A stretch of DNA of 18,761 bases, from positions 1 to 18,761 of the forward strand of contig JADGIF010000124.1 of the NCBI GenBank assembly GCA_018985225.1. The letters run 5' to 3'. Shown here piece by piece: positions 1 through 7,946 of this stretch. The notes under the pieces are model-generated. The model saw nothing but the letters and a program-made list of their open reading frames with translations. It searched no databases and was not told the origin of the DNA. The position numbers were made by a program, and so were the translations under genes. The stretch is from Amoeboradix gromovi X-113. Its lineage: Eukaryota > Fungi > Sanchytriomycota. Each line of letters starts with the position of its first letter. The stretch's first letter is position 1.

Positions 1-157
1 TAGCTGTACAGAATATTTATTTTCCTTTTATACTCGTCAACTCCGCAACTAGCTGAATGTCCACTCGTCTCTTAAATCCATAAAGTAATAAAGCTGAAAT
101 AATGTTCCAAGTTGTTACAGAAAGTTAGTCTAGTTTTTATATTTGATGTCCCACCTG
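1..157 (-). mobile_element. MITE (35-bp TIR family), partial copy cut by the window start
   Basis: Reverse complement of 1-157 closely matches 10331-10484, including the terminal repeat (CAGGTGGGACATCAAATATAAAAACTAGACTAACT here). Confidence 0.85.
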
Positions 158-777
158 CTTAGTTGTTGGATAGAATGGAATTTTCCAAGATAGAAATACT
201 AAATTGTGGGATACTCAATTTATCGTTTATGGTTGGAATAGTTTGCAGGAAATTTTCTGGATTTTTTGTATTTCATCCTTGGTGCTGAGTAACAAAGAAA
301 CAGCTGCCAATTTTAATTGAAAAAAAACAATTAAGTTTATTAGATAAAACTCATCGCTCGAATACGCTCTCTTACACGAAGCTTATAACTGAATAAAGCT
401 CGTTAATCTTTTTTCAACTGTGAAATATGACTCCGAAACATCACAGCAAGAATATCTCAAATCCAGAGACTTCAGCATGCGGTAGAGAATAAAGTCTTCT
501 GCAGAAAACATCCGAAGCATATTTAAAACAGGAAATAGATCTCTTTGCCACTTGTAAGACATTAAAATCTTGCTTGGTACTTCCATATTACTCAAAAGAG
601 ATCATCTTATCTACAAGAGTCTCATCCAATGAACAAAAAGAGAATATTGAGCAACAAGGTTTTGTTTGTGTTTTTGTGATTGAAATTTAAAATAAAACCA
701 CAATATATGATCTTATCTCACCATTAAACTAGCACCGTTTGCTTCTATTAGACTAGCACATTGATAAAACACAAGGG

Positions 778-1449
778 ATGATTGCACTATCAAATTTCAT
801 ATCGAATTCTGCAAAGCATGTAAAATCAGAGTTAAGTAAGGTTATAAATCACAAAGGAACAAAAGAATTTAAATCTTACCAGACTCTGTATGATTTCACC
901 AAAGAAGACACTGTGACTCAGTTTTTAACCGGATGCGACAACAGCTCAAAGTGCAAATTGGAGTTTAAAGGCGGGTGCGGGCATTTCCATGGAGATATAA
1001 GCGCAAACGGGTACGCAATTATGCGTTCTAAGCTGCCTCCATTAACAATGTTTGGAAGATTTGGATTCAATGTTTCAGACTTCACTATTTTAGAAATTGA
1101 AGCCAAAAGCAACGACGATCATCAGTATTATTTGAATTTGAGAACAGACTCGTTTGCTACGGACCATGTCTATCAAACCAAACTGCAATTTCCAAAGAAT
1201 GACGAATTTCAAGTTATTCAAATACCTTTTAGTGATTTTATTTTGACGCATCGTGGATACATTATGCAAAGGCAGTCTCCAATTGATCGTAATAATATTC
1301 AAGCTGTGGGACTATCTTTATTAAAGTCACCTGGAAAGTTTTCAACATTAATCAAGCAAATCAGAGTATTTAACCCTATGGCGCAGAAATACGAAAAGTC
1401 CAAAGAGAATAGTTTGGGATACAAGTTTTTTGGCAGAGATTCTAAATAA
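778..1449 (+). CDS. CIA30: Mitochondrial complex I intermediate-associated protein 30 (CIA30/NDUFAF1 family)
   Basis: 223-aa ORF with the CIA30 pattern: LYDF, F.G.IS..GYA.MRS, YYLNLRTD, IQIPFSDFILTHRGYI..RQ, IQAVGLSL...PGKF. Confidence 0.9.
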   Translation: MIALSNFISNSAKHVKSELSKVINHKGTKEFKSYQTLYDFTKEDTVTQFLTGCDNSSKCKLEFKGGCGHFHGDISANGYAIMRSKLPPLTMFGRFGFNVSDFTILEIEAKSNDDHQYYLNLRTDSFATDHVYQTKLQFPKNDEFQVIQIPFSDFILTHRGYIMQRQSPIDRNNIQAVGLSLLKSPGKFSTLIKQIRVFNPMAQKYEKSKENSLGYKFFGRDSK

Positions 1450-1464
1450 AATGCTTTTTAACTA

Positions 1465-1732
1465 CAACTCGTTAAAAGATCTGATTTCCGAGTGAATCAA
1501 GAATATTTCAAGAGAAAATAACAAAGCAAGTCTATCGGTTACGGCACTTGATTAGGCTTCCACAATCTTAAGGTAGGAATATGTGAAGATGCATATATTT
1601 TAATTATGTTCCAAGCTTGACCGGGAAATGCTTCAATACATTCCTCTAATGTCTTTCCCGTTTTTTTGGGCGACAACTTCATTTAGACAAGTTTCTGCGC
1701 GTAAAATAATTTATTCTGTATCTTTGATGATG
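1465..1732 (-). mobile_element. IS607/Fanzor2-derived non-autonomous element, copy D (shorter and more diverged)
   Basis: 1465-1515 (CAACTCGTTAAAAGATCTGATTTCCGAG) matches the end of copies A-C. 1586-1612 and 1626-1658 match internal Fanzor segments. 1698-1720 (CGCGTAAAATAATTTATTC) resembles the other end. Directly abuts copy A. Confidence 0.7.
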
Positions 1733-1890
1733 CTCCACATTAAAAATCCTGATTTCCGAGAAAATCGAGAATTTCCACAGAGAAACTAGCAGTGCTAGAT
1801 GCTCGGTTACAGTGATTGCTCACGCTTTCACTACCCTGAGACGGGATTGAATAAGGAAACATATACTTGATGTATATGTTCCTTGTTGCC
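1733..1890 (-). ncRNA. Candidate Fanzor omegaRNA scaffold (also at ~7377-7535 and ~15834-15990)
   Basis: Lies at the element end downstream of and overlapping the RuvC-III coding tail, where TnpB/Fanzor omegaRNAs are encoded. Hairpins: AAGGAACATATAC/GTATATGTTTCCTT, GTGA/TCAC, CTAGC/GCTAG, GATTTT/GAAATC. 5' boundary not determined. Confidence 0.55.
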
Positions 1891-2068
1891 ATATTGTCTC
1901 TACTTCCAAATAACAGTTGGTACAGGCGTGAGTTTCCAAGTTGGTTTCTTTAGAGTACCACACCTTGTACATCTCTGACTAGTAAATGACTCATTACAAT
2001 CAAATATCGTCCTTCCACTTTGTTTGCACTTGAACTTCAAGCGTTCCTTGGATAAACTGTGAAGATAT
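1740..2068 (-). pseudogene. Fanzor2/TnpB nuclease C-terminal fragment (RuvC-II flank, CxxC-CxxC zinc finger, RuvC-III) inside copy A
   Basis: ORF 1900..2091 contains ESFTSQRCTRCG. Shifted frames give CTNC and RDNMATRNIYIK, which then runs open to TAA at 1742-1740. RuvC-I and the REC/WED regions are absent. Confidence 0.85.
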
Positions 2069-2075
2069 CTCTTAT

Positions 2076-2171
2076 AGGCATTGAAAGACATCTAATTCTT
2101 CCATGTTTGGACCAGTTCCTCAGCGTTGATGAATGTATGCTGTACCTGCTAGTTATTTCTTTAGAATTGAT
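2076..2171 (-). pseudogene. IS607 TnpA (serine recombinase) N-terminal MerR-like HTH fragment inside copy A
   Basis: Manual translation INSKEITSRYSIHSSTLRNWSKHGRIRCLSMP fits the IS607 TnpA pattern TLRxWxxxGxIxxxxxP. The catalytic domain is deleted. Confidence 0.75.
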
Positions 2172-2338
2172 TTACCGTTAGTGAAAAGGAAGAATATCGA
2201 GTATTTAAGCTATTGGAAAAGTCATGAAATTATATAAAATGCATACAAACTCGCGATAAATGATTTATTTCAGAAAACAATGGAGCTGCATGTTCCTACT
2301 TTCAATTCTTGTCATCTATCCTTGAAACAATCAAATAA

Positions 2339-2860
2339 ATGGTCGGGCTTCAATCCGTTGGCGCAATTCTGGCATATAACGTAAATGGTCAGCCTCTGTT
2401 TCTTAAAAAATATTTTACAGAAGGTCCAACAGATATCTATCCAAAGATCAAATCAAATTTGTCAGCGGAATTGATAATCGTAGAAAACAAGCTGGTGATT
2501 TTTAAGCAGATAAATGATGTTGTTATATGTTTAGTCGCATTTAGCGATGATCAGAATGAGATGCAGCTGTATGAAGTGTTAATCAATTTGGTTGAAGCAA
2601 TTTCTTTGGCACTTGGTAAGCATCAATTAGATCAATTAGCCGTCTCTGAATACTATGATTTCATAGCTATCACAATAAACGAGATGATATTTGAAGGGAT
2701 AGTAATGGAGACTGATCCACACACAATTGCTGCCCGTGTATCTAAAAGACCTTCCCAAGCTGTATCGGAATTAAGTGAAATACGAACTGGAGAACAGTCT
2801 ATATCCCAAGCATTTACGAGAGCTAAAGAGAGTTTCTTTGAAAAGTATTTACTAAAATAA
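2339..2860 (+). CDS. RET3: Coatomer subunit zeta (zeta-COP, longin fold)
   Basis: 173 aa: V.AIL..N.NG......KY, QNEM.LYEVL, I.I.INEMI.EGIVMETDP..IAARVS, EQSISQAF..AKE. Confidence 0.9.
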   Translation: MVGLQSVGAILAYNVNGQPLFLKKYFTEGPTDIYPKIKSNLSAELIIVENKLVIFKQINDVVICLVAFSDDQNEMQLYEVLINLVEAISLALGKHQLDQLAVSEYYDFIAITINEMIFEGIVMETDPHTIAARVSKRPSQAVSELSEIRTGEQSISQAFTRAKESFFEKYLLK

Positions 2861-3228
2861 ACCAGTTTTCTGTTTTTACAATTTTGCTGTGCGTACATAG
2901 TTAACTCGTCAAAATTACAATAGATTTAGCTTAGAGCAGCTCAATTAAAGGGCAGCTCGGTTAATAAGATAGTCCAGGTACACTGAATTAGGAAAATGAA
3001 CCATCAATGATCCAACGTAGAGGAAGTTATCGAGCACATTCAATCTCTTTTACTTTCATTTGGTTTTCTTTTGCAATTAAATAACTATGCGCGATATTCT
3101 AAGCGTCGAATGTGGCGTTGCTATTATTATCATAGACGCTGGTATAATATTAACACAGTTCATGATCTTGCTGTTGTGTAAGGCAAATTTTAACCGTTCT
3201 CTGGTTGTGGTTGTTCTTTCAGACTCAC

Positions 3229-3690
3229 GGTATATGGTAGATGATTCCAGGATTTAAATCACTGTGATCTGTTTACCTTACATTGAGATGATATGATACA
3301 TCAAACTTGCCTTACCGTCGGCGTGAAAGTGAAAAAGACAAAAAATAAACAACTCTCAATATCATAGGACTTCTTTTTATTGGTACTGGTAGTTTGTCAC
3401 CATTCAACACTTTGCAGATCTACGACTTTGAGCAATTTATCGCATCAGAATATGCGAAATGAAAAGGACTCAAAGTTCATTAGAGTTGCGACCATTCAAA
3501 AACAATATGATGTGTCCAGCACTTGTAGCTGCAAGCGTTATGAAAGGATTCAATCGTTGCGTCAATTGTCAGCAATGCGGTCACCAAGACCATAGAGGTA
3601 TCAATCCAGGTACTTCAAAATAATGTAGGCAAGAACATGCTCAAATGCTATCTCCCCAAGTTGTCTACACTTGAGAAGTGTGAGGTTTGA
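3229..3690 (+). pseudogene. Highly decayed TnpB/Fanzor relic of a second, Fanzor1-like lineage
   Basis: Ordered fragments across frames: IW*MIPGFKSL (RuvC-I DPG-like), LFIGTGS, IRVATIQKQYDVSSTCSC, CQQCGHQDHRGIN, NVGKNML. Many stops and frameshifts. Confidence 0.45.
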
Positions 3691-3814
3691 AATTTTCATG
3701 ATTTTCGAATTCTTCACATTTAACGTAGGCGCTAGATCTTAGCCAAATATTTCAAAAATAAAAACTTGACCAAGCATTGTAAAAAAATGTCTCTTAAGAT
3801 TAAAAATAAAAATA

Positions 3815-4035
3815 AAAATAATTTGTTGCTATTTACCGCATAAGTGGGATACTACTGAGCTCTATAAGCAAGCCTTTCCTGGTTTCCACAAAATATAGAG
3901 ATAGGTTCTCTCAGTTTGTGCTGAAATGTGCGACAGTTCTAGCGAGTTCTTAGGCAACCATCTATAATTTATCGCGTGAAAAGAAAGAACCTATCAGATC
4001 TTTGCACCACCAGCGGTAAACCTACAAAAAGTAGC
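3815..4035 (-). ncRNA. Candidate structured non-coding RNA, family unassigned
   Basis: Nested helices 3831-3839/4013-4021, 3880-3883/4009-4012 and 3900-3912/3983-3995. Apparent mismatches become G.U pairs on the minus strand. Followed on the minus strand by T5 runs (~3800-3820). Confidence 0.35.
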
Positions 4036-4218
4036 TTCAAATTAGCGTTTTTGTTGGTTAAATTAATACACCCGGATTAATCTAATTTCTACGACTTAGA
4101 TTGGTATTGGGATCAGGGATTAACCCGAACTTGCCTGTCTATTTGTCATCAAAAGTTCATCCTTAAGTGCAGTCATCAGTATGTATTGGTTTAACGGAAG
4201 CTAGGGTTGAAACGTGCA

Positions 4219-5889
4219 ATGTATTACTCTCTACTGGAAGAACTTATGAACCATTCTTCTCCAAAAATTCAGCCCAATGAGGTGCAGGTTCGAACTTTGG
4301 ATTTTGAATTCACCGTTGATCCATTGCTAGTAGAACTTGTAGAAAAAGCAAAAAAATCTCAAGATAAAAAATCCAGGGATATTGTAGTATTGCCGTATTG
4401 TACCGACATTCAAGCTGTTATAGAGGTGATTGAACTATCTGGAGTTCAAATCAATTTTCGGGTTTCTATAGGATACTTGATAGAAACAGCGCCCCTAGAA
4501 AAATGTGTCAAGTTTGCAGAGTTTTGTGAGAGGAAAGAGCACAATCCATATTTTTTGCCGTCTGGAAAGCCGGTTTCGTTCAAGGAACTCTGTAACTCTT
4601 CAAAACTAAAAAGTCATGGCTTCAGTATGGATATTGTGATAAGTAACGTATCGGATTTCCCTGATGCAGCCCATTTATTGAATTACCTGGTTAGCTATCA
4701 GTATTCTACAGAACCGCAGAATTATCACTTCATCCCAAGATTTGTTCTGCGGGATTTTACCTTTGATAAGCCAAACAAAATCAAAGTTTTTGACTTGATA
4801 ACCCAAAAAGTAAAAGATCAACAAATAGCAAACGTTTTTAGGATGTCAAACATGTACGCTGATACTAGAATGGAAGAGGTGATTTTGGTGGAAAATAGCC
4901 TAAGTAACCTTGAAAGCAGGGTTGCACTACTTGTTAGCATTATTAAAGGTAGCTCTTTGTTCCAGCTAAACAGAACAGAACTGCACGATTTAAAAACATT
5001 TTTGTTCATCCAGGCTTTTAGAAAACCGTCTAGGCGTAAGCAATATCTCGAGAACGAGTTTGATCCACCTACCGCCTTGCTGATGAGTCAATTTATGGTA
5101 AAGAAGAAATTTAAAATGCCTAGTGACGTGTGGTTGGACAGTATTAAAATCATTCTAGAATCCCATTTCGATGATGTAGTAGGTAACATGGATATGTTCC
5201 CATTTATTCGCCATGAATTTGAAAACGTAAAACGATGCTATGTTTGTATATGGGAGGCGCCACACGATGCAGAGTTTGTTATGATAGACCAAGCATATGG
5301 CATATATGAAGGGGTCTTTCCTCAGGTCATATATCATCAATTTTACCCTATTTCTCCCAAACTGATGATAGTCTTAGTTCATCCATCGCTGAAAGAAATG
5401 CCATCTGCGAACCAATTGTATGCATCACACGGAATGTCCTCTAGATTTGAAGGTGTTTCTCATGATCCACCTATCGTTGCTTGCAGGAATCCTATCGACA
5501 ATGGAGCCACAGAGTCAGATAGTAACGATCTATTCACCTATCAAAAAGTGCAAATATCAGCTACAGATGTAGAAATGGTAAACGGTATCATGCTGGATGA
5601 ATGTAAAGCATACCTATCTTTTGTATCACCATACAGCTTGTTAAAATCTATTGATTATTATGAAAAAAACAAGAAGAAGATGTTTTATAATTCCAAAAAC
5701 TATGCAGCACTGAAACTAGCACTGTGCAAGTACGCAAACACACCATCTTTAGAAAAAGACACCAAGTTGCCAAAAATTGACGCAGCAATACATTCGTCTT
5801 TAACAGAAACTAATACGCTAAAGCTGGTGGCAGAATCTGGTATGCCTTGCTCTCAACTTGAATTCGGGGGTCTATCTTTCGAAACTTAA
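4219..5889 (+). CDS. DUF4238-domain protein with an N-terminal extension
   Basis: Long ORF (track start TTG 4207; first ATG 4219) with DUF4238-type motifs YHFIPRFVLRDF, LKTFLFIQAFRKP, EFVMIDQAYGIYEG, HQFYPISPKLMIVL. Confidence 0.75.
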   Translation: MYYSLLEELMNHSSPKIQPNEVQVRTLDFEFTVDPLLVELVEKAKKSQDKKSRDIVVLPYCTDIQAVIEVIELSGVQINFRVSIGYLIETAPLEKCVKFAEFCERKEHNPYFLPSGKPVSFKELCNSSKLKSHGFSMDIVISNVSDFPDAAHLLNYLVSYQYSTEPQNYHFIPRFVLRDFTFDKPNKIKVFDLITQKVKDQQIANVFRMSNMYADTRMEEVILVENSLSNLESRVALLVSIIKGSSLFQLNRTELHDLKTFLFIQAFRKPSRRKQYLENEFDPPTALLMSQFMVKKKFKMPSDVWLDSIKIILESHFDDVVGNMDMFPFIRHEFENVKRCYVCIWEAPHDAEFVMIDQAYGIYEGVFPQVIYHQFYPISPKLMIVLVHPSLKEMPSANQLYASHGMSSRFEGVSHDPPIVACRNPIDNGATESDSNDLFTYQKVQISATDVEMVNGIMLDECKAYLSFVSPYSLLKSIDYYEKNKKKMFYNSKNYAALKLALCKYANTPSLEKDTKLPKIDAAIHSSLTETNTLKLVAESGMPCSQLEFGGLSFET

Positions 5890-5999
5890 CCATAATGCGG
5901 GTGTCTAATAAGGATTTCTAATTTGTAACCAAAACAAAGTCGGTGGTTTAATTTGCGCAATCTCCAATGTACCTGCTTAGTTTACTTCAGTAAATACAA

Positions 6000-7260
6000 G
6001 ATAAAGCTTATTTATTTCATTAATGGCTTTTCAACTGTGTCCGGCTGAGCAATTTTATCAATCCAACCATCTTCAGGTTAACGATTCAATGTTTTGTAAT
6101 TCTCAGTAAAATATTCAGAGGCTATTAGGGCAGCAATTTTGCCAAGTATCTCCGTAGCGCAATCAGTTTTTACTTGCGATCTGAAAAATCCCCAAGCTAC
6201 GACATTGTCGTTCTTTGGGGTTTTCGCATTAAATACCCATTCTTTCCATTCTAAAGTATTTGTTTCCAAGTTTTTCTGCTCATTCCAACAGCCTCCAATT
6301 TTGTCGCCATTGTTATCCCAGAGTAAACCTAAACTTGATCAAAACAGCTCAAGATCTTCTGCCCCAAAACTTCTACATGTTATTTTCATAATTCTTATAA
6401 TAAGGATTTGAGTGCTCTCGAATGTTCATGCCATGGGACATTTGGGTGTCACCATTATGAAATTTAGTGATATGTTTTTGGAGATACTTGCCGTTTTGTT
6501 TTTCTAAATTCATAAGGTTGTTTTGGCATATAATGCTCGTATTCGTTATAGTCACTAAAATACTTAAAGCAGATTGGCTCTTATTCACTTCAAGCCAATA
6601 ATATTTATATTCTGATCCTCTAGTAATGCCTTCATCTCCCCCAATAGGTGTAGGAAAGCATACCAGTCCAAATTTGTTGTCTGAATAACACCCTGGTGCC
6701 AAGCAAAAGGCATTTGTTGTCTATAAGCTCTGTATAAAAATTCGGAGCGCCTTTACTACCTGAGATCCTAGTTTGCCAAGTATAATCTGTAATTGTAGAG
6801 GCTTTTAATCCGGGATATTACTTTGCAAAATGTCAATGCTCGCTTTTCAAACGAGTTGAATGTGGCAAATCAGTAAATTTTTCATAGTCTTTCTATTTTC
6901 GTGTTTTCCAGTGCAGTTTTGTCTTGATCCAGATCTAGCTTTATTTTTTCTGGAAGCCAAAACTTGTATTTTTGCCCTTCGTATGGTATAGCAGTATGTA
7001 AGAGGTTCTCGGCTTCATCGATGATTTGAGAACCTCATGCAGTATTGCATCCTTATCTCGAGGCTACCAACTATTTGGTGCGTGCTAACATCATCACGCA
7101 CAACTATTCAAAAATATACTACATATAAAATCCTCCCATAATACATTAGGCGATTCCTCTATCCAAAGTCCTACCAATTTGATCACCGAGCTTGCTTCCA
7201 TATTTATTGAGAACCCCTTCAAATATTGTAGCTTTAGATCAAGCGAGATATCCCATAGTA
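6000..7260 (-). pseudogene. Probable fragmented gene of unknown family
   Basis: Collinear minus-strand protein-like pieces (6373-6702, 6078-6269 and shorter stretches upstream) broken by stops and frameshifts. No recognisable motif. Confidence 0.4.
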
Positions 7261-7376
7261 TCTAAAACAATTCAAATCTGAATTACTTGAAATACAGACA
7301 GGAGAACAGTTTGTATCCCAAGCATATACGGGAGCTAAAGAGAATTTTCTAATAATATTTATTAAGAACTAAATTT

Positions 7377-7946
7377 CTCCTCGTTAAAAGTCCTGATTTC
7401 CGAGAAAATCGGGAATTTCCACAGAGAAACTAGCAGTGCCAGATGCTCGGTTAGAGTGATTGCTCACGCTTTTACTACCCTGAGGCGGGATTGAATAAGG
7501 ATGCATATATTTGATGTATATGTTCCTTGCTGCCATAAGGTCTCTTTATATCTCCAAATAACAACTGGTATAGGTGTAAGTTTCTAAGTTGGTTTTCTTT
7601 AGAGTACCACACCTTGTGCATGTCTAACTAGTAAATGCTTCATTACATTCGACCATCGTCTTTACTCTTTGCTTACACTTGAACTCCAAGCGTTCCTTGA
7701 ATAAATTGTACAGATATCACTGTCTTGGCATTGAAAGACATCTAATTCTTCCATGTTTGGACCAGCTTATCAGTGTTGATGAATGTATGCTGTACCTGTT
7801 AGTTGTTTATTTAAAATTGATTTACCATTTGCGAAAAGGAAGAATATCTAGTATTTAAGCTATTAGAAAAATATGGAAAAGTCTTGAAATGATACAAAAA
7901 TATATACAAATTCGCGATAAATGATTTATTCAAGAAAATAGTCAAG
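7377..7946 (-). mobile_element. IS607/Fanzor2-derived non-autonomous element, copy B
   Basis: Aligns with copies A and C. Reads YSIHSSTLISWSKHGRIRCLSMPRQ*YLYNLFKERLEFKCKQRVKTMVECNEAFTS*TCTRCG...CYLEI*RDLMAARNIYIK. Starts after CAG (7949-7947) and ends in GAGGAG. Confidence 0.9.

Larger units (their letters stand above)
1733..2285 (-). mobile_element. IS607/Fanzor2-derived non-autonomous element, copy A
   Basis: Aligns end to end with 7377-7946 and 15834-16386. Minus strand reads the IS607 TnpA HTH (INSKEITSRYSIHSSTLRNWSKHGRIRCLSMP), then a frameshifted Fanzor/TnpB C-terminus (KERLKFKCKQ...CNESFTSQRCTRCG...CTNCYLEV/RDNMATRNIYIK). Preceded by CAG (2288-2286) and ends in GGAG. Confidence 0.9.

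Noticed and set aside
383-595. 70-aa minus-strand ORF
   Set aside because: Non-ATG start and no recognisable motif; possibly a pseudogene fragment.
1900-2091. ORFs 1900..2091, 15819..16013 and 16034..16255 as real genes
   Set aside because: They are fragments or antisense frames of the deleted elements, with different lesions in each copy.
1733-2288. Treating the Fanzor elements as Tc1/mariner-type from the short CAGCTCG/CAACTCG end similarity
   Set aside because: Only ~7 imperfect bp, no consistent TA duplication, and the element carries an IS607 TnpA HTH fragment. Kept only as an alternative.
2937-2968. CAGCTC motifs here and at ~11226 resembling the element left junction
   Set aside because: Similarity does not extend convincingly beyond 6-8 bp.
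3801-3820. (TAAAAA)3 tandem
   Set aside because: Low-complexity repeat; relevant only as possible minus-strand T-runs after the candidate ncRNA.
3967-3976. ATTTATCGCG matching the element left-end motif
   Set aside because: Isolated 10-bp match with no flanking similarity.
7377-7946. Element acting as a spliceosomal intron or IStron
   Set aside because: Ends in AG but begins CT rather than GT/GC, and no group I core was recognised.
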